Of a stretch of DNA of 64,000 nucleotides, positions 14,530 through 29,153 are shown in pieces (within the stretch, counting starts at the first letter, position 1; each line of letters starts with the position of its first letter). The notes under the pieces are model-generated. The model ran no database searches, had not been told where the DNA came from, and saw nothing but the letters and a program-made list of their open reading frames with translations. Both the position numbers and the translations under genes were made by a program. The DNA is from Cycas panzhihuaensis (Eukaryota; Plantae; Cycadophyta): positions 146,141,741 to 146,205,740 of the forward strand of contig CM041465.1 in assembly GCA_023213395.1 (NCBI GenBank), read 5' to 3'.

Positions 14530-15093
14530 CTGTCAAATATGTTACCGGTGCTTGGATGTGGTGATGTTATACATCATACGAAAGACCAAATTTTTAACAA
14601 GGCAGCTACCGCTGTTAACTCAGGACTATTATTGATGGCTGTTATGGGCTTGCTTTTTCCAAGTCTTTGAAATTTACCGATGAGTCATTCTGGCCAATTT
14701 GGGAAGCATTTTTGTGGCTTGTGATCTTGACTGGATTTGTTTACTTTCTTTCAGGTTATCTTGTTAATGCAATACAAGGGGCATCTGAGAATTGGAATAT
14801 GCCAGTTGCTTTTATAAGTGTTATTTTACTCCCAATAGTTGGAAATGCTGCAGAGCATGCAAGTGCAGTGATGTTTGCTATGAAAGATAAACTGGACATT
14901 TCTTTGGGAGTTGCAATCGAATCTTCAACACAAATATCAATATTCTTTTATTCCTTTTTGCGTGGTGGTTGGTTGGATCATGGGAAAGCCCATGGATTTG
15001 AACTTTGAGTTTTTTGAGACTGCTACACCCTTTATTACAGTTTTAGTGGTGGCATTTATGCTTCAGGATAGAACATCAAACTATTTTTATGGA
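14530..15093 (+). pseudogene. CAX: Processed fragment of a vacuolar cation/H+ exchanger (type IB, CAX2/CAX5-like)
   Basis: [34 protein letters not shown], then WEA..WL..LT....[57 protein letters not shown], then [40 protein letters not shown]. Includes the alpha-2 GNAAEH motif; frameshifts, internal deletions, no introns. Confidence 0.95.
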
Positions 15094-15731
15094 AAGTGCA
15101 CCAGCTGCCATTTCCTGTGACAAAGGGTTTATACCGGTGAGACGACACTGCAAAACCACTACTTTCTGGAGCTCCTCGATCTGTTGTGGGTATTATACTT
15201 TCTTCTAGAAGTTGGCCAATCATGAGCAAACTGCAAGTCTAGCTGTGGGTCACTTGCCAATGTCTGGCGGACATGTTAATGTCGATTCTCGAGAACCACG
15301 CCCATTTACGCCCGCCACGGGGAAGAATTCCACTACTAATCTCGAGGATTTGCGTGTGGCGATTCGGATGGCAATGGCTGCCTCTTCTTGCATCCTTAGA
15401 ATCTCAGGAGTCCAATGTCCAAGACCTCACCTGACCGGGTCTTAACAATAACTATAACGTCAGTGTTGGATGTACACGTGGATTGTAGCTTCGACCGAAG
15501 GGCGTCTTGGTAATATCTGAGGTAGCAGGAATTGCTTATGTAGATGGGTACAAATCCAACGTATTACCATATTGAGTCTTTGCTGGACTGAAATAAGGGA
15601 GATGCTTTTTCATAACGCTAACGAGAATAGACAGACGAAGGATGATCTCAAGCTCCGAGCCAAGCAGAACTCAGTGCTACCGAACGAATGCTGCACGTGG
15701 ACGCCATCGTGTGCACTCCTTGAACTGCAAC

Positions 15732-15824
15732 TTCGACCCTATATCCATGGCGGTCGGCTCTGGTATTCGACCTGCATATCCATGGCGGTCGGCTCTGGTA
15801 TTCGACCTGCACATCCATGGCGGC
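15732..15824. repeat. 35-bp GC-rich tandem repeat, ~2.7 copies
   Basis: Unit ttcgacctgcatatccatggcggtcggctctggta, with a further degenerate copy near 15868. Confidence 0.9.
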
Positions 15825-16385
15825 GGCAGCCCTCTCAATACATTTGGCATCTCTTTGCAACATCATCATCGACCTACACTCATGGCGGCGAAGAAGAAAT
15901 TTTTTTTGAAACCCTAACAATTTAGGGCACTACGCATATTTTATTTTGGCGTTCGATTATTTTGGCGGACATGGATTTTGTTTTAAAAAGGGGTTATATT
16001 TTTTTTTGTGTTAAAATTTTAGATTTAACTATATTGGATAATTATTTCAGATCCATTAGCCCCTTTAGCCTTTAGCCCCGTTCACATGGTGGGCTTAATA
16101 CGACCTGCTGCTAGCTCATGAAGGGGGCTAGTCCCTATTTCATTATTTTCAGCATTGTTAAGGAGTACTTGTCACGTTTCTGACTGTATCTTGAGATTGG
16201 GAGGTCCGATTTGATTCGTCATTGCGTTGGATCCGTAACAGAGAGAGCTTTCATTTGACAGGTCATTTGACACATTTTGGAGCTGTTTTCATGGAGATTT
16301 TTAAATTCAAAGTCACAAGTTTCTATTTATCTTCATTTTTTCCCAGTTTCTTCAGGCACATATTGTATTTTCAAGGTTTTCTTGA

Positions 16386-16601
16386 TGTAATGTACCCCAA
16401 ATGGGGGGGATGACATGTACTATGGACTTCTTTTAGCTCTTGAAGAACCCATTGTGATCTTATTGTACTTCATTTATGAGAGAGCAGTTAAGACTAGACA
16501 CAATATAAAACTCACATCTCCTTTAGCGTCAGGACTTCGACCAACCATGGCCTATTTCAACCAAGGTGAGTGTGCGTATAAGTCAAGAACTAGGGGTATA
16601 A
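16386..16601. mobile_element. Possible ~215-bp solo LTR or small insertion
   Basis: Starts tgtaatgtacccc and ends ggggtataa (imperfect terminal inverted repeat). Flanks cttga/cttaa match at 4 of 5. Confidence 0.4.
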
Positions 16602-17951
16602 CTTAAATGTAATAGATTTATTTTAGAGAATATGAAAATATGTTTGCATTTATGTTATTGAATTGAATTTCTAATATGTTGATGCTTGCTTTTATGCTTT
16701 TATCTATCAATGTGCATGCACATGAACAAATATATAAATATGATAAATATAAACTCCAAATTTTACTATGATCTAGGTGTTTTACTATTACAATGAGTTT
16801 TTTTTTTTTTTTTTTTTTTTGAAAAAGCCCTTCTTTTTTTGTTAAGAAAAGGAAAAAAGTAAAAAAACTTAAAAATTTACTTCTAAACTTAAAATTTGAC
16901 CAAGAGAGTAAGTATTAGGAAAAGTGAGAGGAATCTAAATCCAAATCTTTTGTTAGAAACTTCTATAGGTCATGCAACCATATGAAATGACTAAAACATT
17001 TTACCTCGAAACTTCACTCTTCTAAATGATAGATCTCATTATGGTAAGTTAAAAAGTCTTATGGCGAAACTTTTAAAAATGAGTAGAAATAACTCAAAAC
17101 TTGTTGAAATTTTTATAAGATTTTCCTTGATAAAAATTTAAATTTTAAAGAAATATTTTTCTATAGTATATCAAATCTAATAAAACTTGATTTGTTAGAT
17201 TCATTGAGGCTAGATCTACTAAAACCCTCAAGAAATTTTGACATGCATTGAAATTTTTGAAAAAAATTCTAAAAAAAGTAGTAAGATTATGGTCAATTAA
17301 ACTTTTACTTTTTGATGTTGATCGATGCAGAATTTGGATATCATGTAGAAGACAAAAATATTCATCTTAGTTGGGTATCTCTCATTGCAAATTTTTAATC
17401 TAAACAGACAACTTTTAATTTTCACCTCTCGTAGGGCTAAACAATATTTTTTTGAATGGTTTAGGCTTATTTCTGCTATTTGTAAGCAGCTAAAAATTTG
17501 TCCTATAGCTTTTCAACATATATTTTATAACTAATAATTAATTTATAATGAAAAATTAATAGAATCTTGCTTAGTAAAGTTTAAAATTAGCTACAAAGAT
17601 TGATAAAAAGCTAATTTTTCCTAGGAGCTTAAAGCTAGGAAACCTTCTTTTAGCTAACAACTTTGATCCTCAATACACTTGTAAATAAATAAAATATATT
17701 AAAATATACTGTAGATAAAATACAAGCTTTGCATGATAAAAAAATTCTTACAATTTTAAAATAATGAGTGCACTCTCAATACTTCACATTGAATCTCAAG
17801 GAGAGGCAAAATGACTATATGCAAGTGGAATGAAGTGGATATTAAAATATAATATCTAATCATTTTGTATATTAATAACATGTGTCAATAACACATATCA
17901 ATATTCTATGTATTAGTTATAAAGTAGTTCCAGAGGGTTACAAACCCTAAT

Positions 17952-18433
<482 letters not shown>

Positions 18434-19581
18434 CTCTTATACTCTTAATAAGATCATCAAGTATTCTTCATCCACCATTGTAGCATTAATCCTACATGGT
18501 ATTAGAGCCATTTTAGGCCTAGATCTTGTTTGGAGAAGTATTTATGTACCAATGTATGGCTAAGTCCGTACACTTGTACGGTCAAAATTTTCTTTTTTAT
18601 TTCAAAATTTGATGAAATTTCACTAAGAGAGATGCCTCGAACTACTCTTCACTTCTCTCCAAAGGACTGAACTCAGATTTCATCATTTTGATGCCCTAAA
18701 GACTATCTAAAGCTGTACGACCACTATTAAAGATTTTTGTTTATTTCTCACTGTACCCACATCTATACTAGTGAAACTTAGTATCAACAGAAAGCCCTCG
18801 GCATAAGCTTTCCATTGATATATGATTTGAAGGCCTTCTCCTTTAGTTCTAGAAAAAATCAATAAAATCATAAAACAATCCTAATTGCCTATTGGAGTTT
18901 CATCTGGGTTTTTCTCCTCACTGAGAGGTCTATTAAAAAAATCAGTTGTAGATTGGGATTATGCACATCAAGATTGTTCTTTTAACACCTATTTTAGAGC
19001 ATTTTGAGAAAGTTAATTTTTGCCTTATTTATTGTACCGTACCATCATCTATATGCCTATCAGCAATAGTTTTTTTATCTCAGGAAAGTATCCAAAAACC
19101 TCCTTGTTGCATTTTCTTATTTTGACTAAGTATTTTAGTCTCTTTTATTTCTTAAAAAATATATATTAAAATAGGAGATATATTTGTTGTACTTACCTTC
19201 TTCTCCCACAGGTAGATAACACTACTTGGCATCTACCCATTCCTAGCCTTAAATACCTTATTCTCAGGGTCTATAAAAATTGAGTTGGATTTGTCATTCT
19301 TGGCTAAGCACGTTGGGAGTTTAGAACTATCGTGTAAAGTGAGAGGAACCAAAAAGACCCAATACCTAGGCCTTAAACAGAACTCACTCATAGATTTGAG
19401 CCTCTACATACTGAAAGGTATATAGGAGGACCCTATGGGACCTTGAGCCCAACTTAGATTAGGGAGCCTCACTAACCGTTGAAGCCTCATAGTGCAATGA
19501 TTAGCAATTAGTGCCATGAAGCTACCTATTTTAAATCTCCATTGGAGGTTTATCGATAGGCCCACGAGTCTAAATAATCCT

Positions 19582-22500
19582 ATGTCTAGACTTGATAGAA
19601 TTACTCACCTTCTCATAGCTTCCTCTCTTTGACTTTCTGAACCTGAAAAACTCATTGGTGATAACTATGAATCATGGAAGACCAAGATGAGATCCATACT
19701 AGTGGCTCAGTGTGTATGGGACTAGATGGAAAGCATCAAACTTGAGCCTGTAGACGCTGCTGAAAAGAAGGTGCACATAGAATAAAAAGGTCTTACACTT
19801 ACCTCCATAACTCTGTCAATTACAAACTCCATCCTACCTCACATAGTTAGCGTCACCACTCCTCATGAAATCTAGACCATATTGAAGACCTTGTATGCCT
19901 AGAAAAACACTGCTCGTGTCATGGCACTCAAGAGCCAAATGGATACCCTAAGGATGTCCGAATCAAAAGACTTCACCTCCTTTTTTAGATGATTCAAGCT
20001 ACTTCATAAAACCTTAGTGTTAGTTGGAGTGAGTTATTTAAATAGTGACCTCATTGATCTTATTATACACAAACTTCCTGCCTAATTCTAGAACTTTGTT
20101 ATATCTTATAGGTTGACAGCATAAATTACACATCCCTCATTCACTACTATTTATGGTCAACTTCTACATCATAAGCAAACTTAAACTAACCTTGAAAATA
20201 AATTAGAAAATGATTTTTTATCTAGAGTGGGTATTCGAGGCAGGGGCACCACTAATAGAGGAGTTTTTTATGGATTAGATTGAGGGAGTAGATGACCCAC
20301 AAACTATACTCCTAGTAGAGGATGATCTTCTCCTCGCACTCACCCCATTTAGTACTCAGGAGGATAACTTGGTCATCAAATCATCTACTATTATTATGGA
20401 AAAACTGGTCACTACACCACCGACTACCATCACAATAAAGTTGACATAGAAAGGGGAATCATAGCTTCAGGTAGCTACTCAAGACAACTTGACAGAAAGG
20501 AGTTAATTGAAGAAGAAGAAGAAGGGACCGCATTTGTAATAGCTCTTTCCTCAGCAGTAAAGAACAAAAATCATGATGATTGGTTTATAGACTCTGGAGC
20601 TTCTAGATACATGATCTATGAGTGAACTTGGTTCAACAACATAAATCCTTCTTAAAATTGTGGCTTAGTTGAACTTGGAGACAATACCACCCATCCAATA
20701 CAAGGGCATGGAATAGTTCCTATTACCTTACTATATGGAAATACTAAAACAGTTGGCCATGTGCTCTATGTACCAGGGATGACAAAAGAACTGCTATTTA
20801 TATCTTAGTTGACAGACAACAAGCTCCAAGTCCTATTTGATGGTGATGGATGTGTCATTTTTGATAAATATAAAGGGAATAAAGTAATTGGTGAGGGTAT
20901 TAAAACTAATGGATTGTACAAATTTCTTGCTACACTAGTTCACACTGTGCTTCATATAACTAAAAATGTTGATAATGGAAATCTTTAGCACTTATGCTAT
21001 GGTCATTTTTCTTATGATACTTTATCCTTATTAAGCAAATATGATATGTTATATAGCCTTCAATGGATTAAAAAATCTAGCTCTATTTGTAACACATACA
21101 TGATTGGTAAACAACATAAACTATAATTCTCTACCAACACTACTAGAGCACATTGTAAACTATAACTAATTCATAATGATCTTTGTAGTCCATTCACTCC
21201 CCCATCCTTACAAGGGGCGTGCTACTATTTGACCTTCATAGATAATTGTACCAGGAAGGTCTAGATCTATTTTCTTAAATTAAAATCTGATGTATTTGAC
21301 ACCTTTCTTAAATTCAAAGCTAAAGTTGAAAAAGAAAGTGAATGCAACGTCAAATGCTTGAGGACTGACAATGATGGGGAATTCACATCCAATGAATTCA
21401 CATAATGCTACAGGAAAAATGGTATACAGAGACAATTTATAACTCCCTACACTCCACAATCAAATAAAATGGATGAGAGGAAAAATAAGACCATAGCAAA
21501 GATTACTCATTCCTTGCTAAAACAAAAGGGGTAAGCAACAAATATTGAAAAGCAAGAATACAACTGTATACATTCTCAACAGAAGTTTAACTAAAGATTT
21601 GGAGAACATAACTCCTGAAGAAGCATGGTCAGGTCAGAAATCAGATGTCTTACATCTTCGAGTCATTAGATCAACCATCTACATGCACATTCCTACTAAA
21701 AAGAGAAAGAAATTAGATGATAAAAGTAAGAGATGTATTTTTATGGGATATAGTAAAATATCCAAAGTGTATCAATGCCTTAATCCTCTAACTAATAAGA
21801 TCTATCCTAATAGGAATGTTCACTTTGACGAATTAACTGATGAAGACCAAGTTGGTGGGAAAACTATACCTACTCAATCAATTGACATTATCATACTAAA
21901 TTGGACTCAATCTTACTCTAAGATAAATCATGGTGAACAATAAGGAGCAAAACTGTACCACCATTAGTTGTCACTACAAGTGTCTCTAATGAAGGTACAA
22001 ATCTAGGATCCCATTCATATGAACAAAACAAGGCTGTCGGCAACTCAATTTAACCTCAAAATCCCTCATAAAAAAAGGTGCCAAAATGGTACTTGAAAAT
22101 AATAGAGGAATTCAGAGTAAATCTAGATCTCATTCAAGAAGGGAAAAGAACCATAAGTCAAACATATCATGGGCTTGCTGCTCAAAATGATATATCATAT
22201 CAACAAGCCTAAAATGATACTCATTGGAAAGAAGTAATTAATGAAGAAATGGAATCACTCTATAGTAATAAAACCTAGGAACTCACTACTCCTCAAGGAA
22301 AACCCCTCATTGGATGTAGATGGTTGTATGAAATCAAAAAGAAATTTGATGGATTAATTGAGAAATACAAGGCCTAACTTATTGCAAAAGGTTATTCTCT
22401 AACTCAAGGAATGGATTATGATGAAATATTTGCTCATGTCAGTAACCCTTAGGAGAGTAATTACCCTAGTTGTACAAAAAAATTGGGCAGTGTATCAAAT

Positions 22501-23700
22501 GGATGTCAAAGAAGCCTTTCTCAATAGAGACCTTCATGAGGAAGTATACATGGAACAACCACCAGGATATGTCACACAAGGATAGGAACACCTTATTTGC
22601 AAACTCAATAAGGCTCTTTATGGACTAAAACATGCTCTTAGGGCTTGGTATGCAAAAATGGACTTCTATCTACAAAGTCTTAGAATGAAGTGATTGGAAG
22701 CTGATTTTGGCCTTTACATTCACATTGACAAGAATGACAAAGTCACCATCCTTGTACTGTATGTAGATGATCTGATATTCATTGGGAGTAACACCAACTG
22801 GATCAACTCTTTACGAATTCAATTATCCAAAACCTTCAAAATGATAGATCTGGGAGAAATCTACTACTACCTAGGAATAGAAATTCATAAGCTGAAGGGT
22901 GGAATCTTCATATATAAAAGTAAGTATATAGCACACATATTAAAAGACTTTGGTAGGATATACTACAAACTATCTCTTATACCCATATGCTCTAGAACCA
23001 AGCTCATTGTTGATTTTGATGGGGAACCAGTAAATAAAACTCATTACATAAAACTAGTTGGGAACCTCATATATCTCACTTTAACTAAACTAGACATTAT
23101 GTTTGTAGTAGGGATAATCTTAAGGTACATGTCTGCCTCAAAGGTATCACATTGAAAAGTAGCCAAGCATATTCTTCATTATCTACAAGGATCAAAGACA
23201 TGGTATTTATTGCAATAATCAAGGATCAAATCTATTAACTAGGTACGCTGACTTAGATTGGGTAGGAGACATTGACAATCAGAAATCCACCTCTGGATAC
23301 TATTTCAACATAGGAAATAGTATTGTATCTTGGAGAACCAAGAAATAATCCATTATATCATTATCTGCATCCAAAGTAGAATACCAAGTAATAGTTCAAT
23401 CCTCTTGTGAGGCTATCTGGCTAAGATGTCTTTTGGATGAATTATAGTTTTCTCAAAAAGCTACAACCATAATCAACTGTGATAATCAGAGCACCATTCA
23501 AATGATGAAGAACCTGATTTTTCATACCCAAATGAAACATATTGAAGTTCATCATCACTTCATCCAAGAGAAAGTAGACAAATGGGAAGTCAAATTATCT
23601 TATTATTCAAGTTCAGAACAAGCAGCTGACATCTTCACAAAACATCTTCCCAAGGAGAAATTCATGTATCTCAAAGATAAGATCAGCATGAAGGAAAAGG
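19582..23700 (+). pseudogene. Degenerate copia gag-pol
   Basis: gag KLIGDNYESWK, PR WFIDSGAS, IN LRTDNDGEF and KLDDKSKRCIFMGYS, RT LYVDDLI, RH KHIEVHHHFI..QAADIFTK. Confidence 0.93.
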
Positions 23701-24637
23701 ATTTGACATTAAGGGGGGATGTTAGAATATAATGTCTAATCCTTTTATATATTAATGACACATGTCAATATGCTATGTATCAGTTACAAAGTAGTTCTAG
23801 TGGGTTACAAACCCTAATTGTGTATATATACTCTTAAACTCTCAATAAGATCACCAAGTATTATTCATCCACCATTGTAGCATCAATCTTATAGTGAATA
23901 GATCCTCTTCTAGCTCTGATACCACATGAAAGAAGGATAGATCTAGGGAACAAATCATTCCCATATATATAATGGCAATGGAGAATGAAAATAAGATAAA
24001 ATAAGATATGAGAGAAAAGCTTGGAGGTGAGAATGAATAATGACTCCCTTCTTGAGATTTTGCTTTTTATTATTGAGGGTGAGCATTAGGGTTAGGATTG
24101 TCTCGCCTAATGATATGAATATGAAATTACATCTAAATGCATATAAAGCACATTTCAGTAAGAGACAAATGCTAACAATATATCCTATGGTCACTTAATT
24201 AATCTACACAAATGACCTTGATACATTAACCTCTTTCAAATAAATGCCTTGAATAGTTATAACCATTAATGAAAAGGGCTCTCTACATATAAATATGCAT
24301 CTAATTGTAACATTTATCATTACTTATTTTATTAAGAAACTTGTTTTACGTTTTTAACCATTAAATTCTTCATACACTCTTGTGTAATCAGTAAAACCTG
24401 GTTATTTCTTCAAGTTACAAAAAGGTCCATAATAAGTGGTATTAGAGCAACCTTCCTATCTTATGGGAAATTATTTTGGATTCTAGTTGTTCCTTGTAGT
24501 AGTCTAGTTACATAAAGGTGATGTGAGATCTTGCAGATCGATCTGTTGGGAGTCATTCAACCCTTGTTTCGACTAAAATTAGTAAATCATATAATCATAG
24601 AGAAAATAAAGATATAACATTATCGAAAGGCCTATTA

Positions 24638-24815
24638 TATAAATAAAAATAATAAAAACTAACTATGCATTTCTAGGAATAAAGTTAAAATATTACAGTC
24701 ATATATAACATAATATTTACCCATTCTATAAATACAAATAATAAAAACTAACTCTGCATTTCCAGGAATAAAGTTAAAATATTATAGTCCTAAATAACAT
24801 AATAATTTTTATTTT
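24638..24815. repeat. 89-bp tandem duplication in the gypsy leader
   Basis: tataaata(a/c)aaataataaaaactaact(a/c)tgcattt...ggaataaagttaaaatatta at 24638 and 24727. Confidence 0.85.
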
Positions 24816-26199
24816 CTACAATCAAGCACTTTTGAAAATAAAGAGAATATAATATATTACATCATAAGAAGGGAGACAACATAATATATTATGAAGTGGT
24901 AATAATCATAGATAACATATCTTGTAAATTATAATATATCCCTAGAGGTAGTCAAGATTGCATAACAACATGCGAAGGGTGACAAGGTAGCATTAGATCT
25001 CAAGTAATGCAACCCTTGTTATGTTAACATATATTATCATGGTTGTAATCAAATAGCCATCATCTCATCACCTGTGTATATAATAGTCACCTCATAGTTA
25101 ATATCCATATCAATCTAACCTTAAATCTTAATATTCCATTTGTGAGCCATGTAAAATAGTCGCCTCACATAGAATAACTGCTCTTTATTGGTTTATGACA
25201 CCACATATCTTTGTTTCTTCATTACACTTCTTTATCTATAGCTATATAACATTTTTTTGCTTAATCTCTAACAATTTCTACCCAAGTTGAGTGCTCGTTC
25301 CTCTTCATCTAGCATCAGTCGTCAGATTTGATCTCCATTGAATTTCAATATTATCGATTGGTCTGGGTATAATATTTTATAACTAAATGCTAGTCCATCA
25401 ACTTATGTCCTATTGCCATTTTAGCCATCATTGCATATATCTCTATCCTTTCCATTCATTCTAGTCTCCATTCCATCATTATTTTATCCATCGCTGCATA
25501 TGTAGCATTATATAGTTAGTACTACATTATATTAGGAATATATAGTGTATAGAGTGTATAAAAATTTCCAAAGTATATTTGCATGCCATATATCATATTA
25601 TATTATATAATACTATAGTAAGCTATATATTTTTATAATAGTTGACCATATTTGACCTTTATACTTGCTTTCTTAAGCAATCTTAATATCCCAATCATTA
25701 TGTATACACATACACACAATGATTATTATATTATTTGACCGTTTTAGTATTAATATTAATTTATAATCTTAAGAATAAAGTAATCATAGTTTATCCTTTA
25801 AAACATAAAGAAATCATATAAAATCAAGTGGAATTTTTTGGGAGATATATTTCATGAATTGGTTATAGTTTACATAAGTGGCTATTAATTTTTGATCTAT
25901 AATTTGATAAACTAAATGCACGGTAGGATTCATCTTGTAATCAAGATTCATCACAAACTATAACCCTTCAAGACATAGACTCTGGGAATACTTTTTAAAA
26001 AAGAAGGGGAGCATACACTATGAAGTAGGTGACTTTCCTCTAGTAGATACATAAGACATTTAAAGTGATAGAACCATAGTGGTTGAATCATACCTACATT
26101 ATCATTAAAATCATAAACACTAAAGAAATGACTAATAATGTAATACAAAAGGATATAGTTGAGATTATTATCCAAGCAATCCATAACATAATATAGACT

Positions 26200-27980
26200 T
26201 CGAACACTCTTTTAAACCACACCCTATATTAGATTTTAGATAAATTAATGATCATGGCAAATAGTAGAAAATAAGACATAATTATTCTTGACTCTGAGGA
26301 TGAAAGAATTAGTCATCAGTCATATGTTAGAACTTGCTCTATAAAAAATCATCTGAGCCCTTAGATAACTTAAGTTAATCTCAACAATAAACCTATCAAG
26401 AAATATCTCAATGACTACTAAAATCTAACTCTTGAAAAATATAAAGTGGTTAGATTTCAAGTATATTTTAACTATTTATAAACTATATAGCCACACACAA
26501 AAAAAGAAAAAGATATAACATTTCAATATTAAGAATAAATCACATGAACCAAGAATATGGATCCAACAAATGGAAAACTATTTTTATCTGGCTAAAATTG
26601 AGCCAACAGAATAAGTTGTTTTAGCTACCCTACATATGGATGGAAAGTGTATAAATGGTAGTAATGTCTAGAACATACTTCATTTTAAAATGAATTACCA
26701 ACCTAGAAAGATTTTTTCCATTTATTAATTAAATGATTTGAAATAGTAACTAATTGTGATTACTATTATGAATTATAAAATTTAAAACAAACTAAATCTA
26801 TAGAAGAATATAGTATAGCCTTCACTAAGTTATGTATAAGAAGACATCATGGCTAATAGACTTATTCAATTACACATCAATGGCTTGATAATGTTGATAC
26901 AAGCTAATGTTAAGATCCAAGAACCAAAAGATCTTAAGTGGAGTGAATAGGCATCTTAAATATTTGTATTATTTCTCTACATATTTGGTATGATTCATTA
27001 CTAAATGCTCAACATAAACTATTATTGATCAATTTAAATTGGCCCACTAAGCTAATCATTCAAAAGACAAGAACTGAGTAAGAAGAGTTAAGGAAAAAAG
27101 ACTTATGCTTTAGATGTAAAGAGAAGTGGGCTTGTGGACATAAATGTCAAAAAACTAATTATATAAAATTAGATTATTGTCTAATGATAATATTGACAAA
27201 GAAGAACAAGAACAAGGGTTAAAAATAATCAAGGATCCTGTCATAATGATGAACATTAGGGAAATTAATATAATCTCAAGGTTAACAATCTAAAAATATT
27301 ATTTTCATCTATGAGCAATTTCACTCAACCAAATATATTAAAACTACAAGGATCTATAAAAAATCAAGTTGTTACACTCTTGGTAGATTTAGGTAGCACT
27401 CATAATTTCATTGATAGGGATTGTGCTAAGCAATTGAGATTATTTCTTTTAAGGGGAGGAAGACATATAATATCAGGCTAAGACATAGTAAAAAACCTAT
27501 CTCATAGTAAGTAATATCAACATTATAGAAGATTGTTATGTCATTGATGTGGGAGGTGTAAATATTGTGGTAGAGAATCAATGGCTCAATACACTTGGGA
27601 CTTTTGAAATGAATCTAAATGAACTATTCATAAAATTCAAGAGGAAAGCAAGAACCATTATGTTTTTAGGAAGAAACCTAAGAAAAAATAAAGTAATATC
27701 ATGTAAGTGTATGGATAAAGAAATTGGAAAGCATCCTCAAGATATAAGAGCTCAATTTTTCATATTATAAGCAAAAATTAAACCAATAATTGAAAAAATT
27801 GAAATATGTAAAACATCTCAACATCATGAAAATTATTGCCAAGGTCTTCAAATATAATCATTTTCTAATAAAAGCTTGCAACATTTGAGATATATCCTAA
27901 TGGATGCAAACTCAATGAATGACAATGTTCATTTTAAAGAATGAAATTATTCAACTATGTTTCATGGGCAAAACATCTTA
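26200..27980 (+). pseudogene. Degenerate gypsy gag-protease plus vestigial C-terminal tail
   Basis: HEPRIWIQQMENYF, LCFRCKEKW..GHKC, LVDLGSTHNFID. Collinear with 30904-32745; no RT, RH or IN. Confidence 0.85.
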
Positions 27981-28237
27981 AAGGGGAGGAATTGTTATAT
28001 ACCTCTTTAAAACTAATTAATCATTAAGTGAAGTGAATAGGCACCTTGAATAGTTGCAACCATTTATGAAAGGGGCCCTATGCATATAAATATGCATCTA
28101 ATTGAAGCATTTATCATTACTTATTTTATCAATAAACTTATTTGGTCTTTTTTACTATTAAATCCTTCAAGTGCTCTTATGTAATCATTAAAACTTAGTT
28201 ATTTCTTCAAGTTATGAAAAAGGCCTATAACAAAATT

Positions 28238-28960
28238 AGATGAGAGCTTAATAAAATTAATGATTGAGATTATTATTTCATGAGAATCTCACATAGGCTA
28301 TACATAATCTCTAACAATTGTAATAATGGTCTAAAATTGTAAGAAACATAATACTGAAATAGTAGGTTTATATACTGAAAAAAAACCATTGTGTGAAGGA
28401 GATATGTACCACATTGAACAAATTCTAATTGAGTCTACTAGAAAATAGACCTACTTATTTGGGGAAGCTTATTGTTAGTTTAGAATTATGGGCAACAACT
28501 TTTGTTGTCATATGGTTCTTAAATATTTTCAATTTACACTATATAGCCGAATGTAATTGAGATGAGTTATTGATGCATTTATCGATTTTGGCAAATCTTA
28601 CCCTTTTAAATAATAAATATATTACAAATTAGGATGGAAACCTTTCCTTAGTGTTGTAATTATTATGTTTTAGGATATGAACCCTTTGTTGCCTATTTTT
28701 TATGTATTTAATCCTTATGGCTTATCTTAAATATAATTAATGGGGATTTAGTTTTGGGTTGTTTGTATTCTATTGGTTGTTCATTTAATAATAAATGAAC
28801 TCAATAACAATTTCAATGTATAAATATCTTCAAGTTTATTAAAGTAAAGCTTTTGGCAAGTGGTTTAAAGGGAGGGATTTTCTCCTCTTAGTAGTCTATT
28901 TTAAGGGTTGTTTAATTATTTTTCATATTGTTCATCCAAAATTTGCGTAGTCTTGAATGA
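28238..28960 (+). mobile_element. LINE RT remnant
   Basis: IDFGKSY (~28583, cf. LDFxKAYD) and a GLxxG..S..LF-like trace (~28862). Continuation of 5400-7436 across the gypsy TSD. Confidence 0.5.
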
Positions 28961-29153
28961 ACTAGCCCTCTTATGGTGAGAAGGGGTAAAAGTGAGGAAG
29001 GTGATAGAATGGGACCAAGGACTACTAAAAATAAAGCATTAGATGGCATGAAGAGATAAGGTAATTTAATAAAGACTTAACTAAAATCCCAAAAGACTAA
29101 AAAGAGAATGAGATAAAAGATCATGAGTGGTGTGTGGATGTTCAGATGTACCA

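Noticed and set aside
14530-15120. Intact host CAX gene
   Set aside because: It has no N-terminal half or last helix, has frameshifts and internal deletions, and lies inside an LTR leader.
15495-15575. KGVLVISEVAG resembling the trehalose-6-phosphate synthase GVLILSEFAG motif
   Set aside because: The match is too short and the flanks do not support it.
15732-15824. CRISPR-like array (also considered for 52372-52474)
   Set aside because: The units are directly tandem or have trivial spacers, the context is eukaryotic TE DNA, and there are no cas genes.
16403-16531. ggggggga followed by tgac...gtca as PPT and 3' LTR of the CAX-bearing element
   Set aside because: There is no similarity to the LTR at 13635-13913; it is better explained as part of a separate small insertion.
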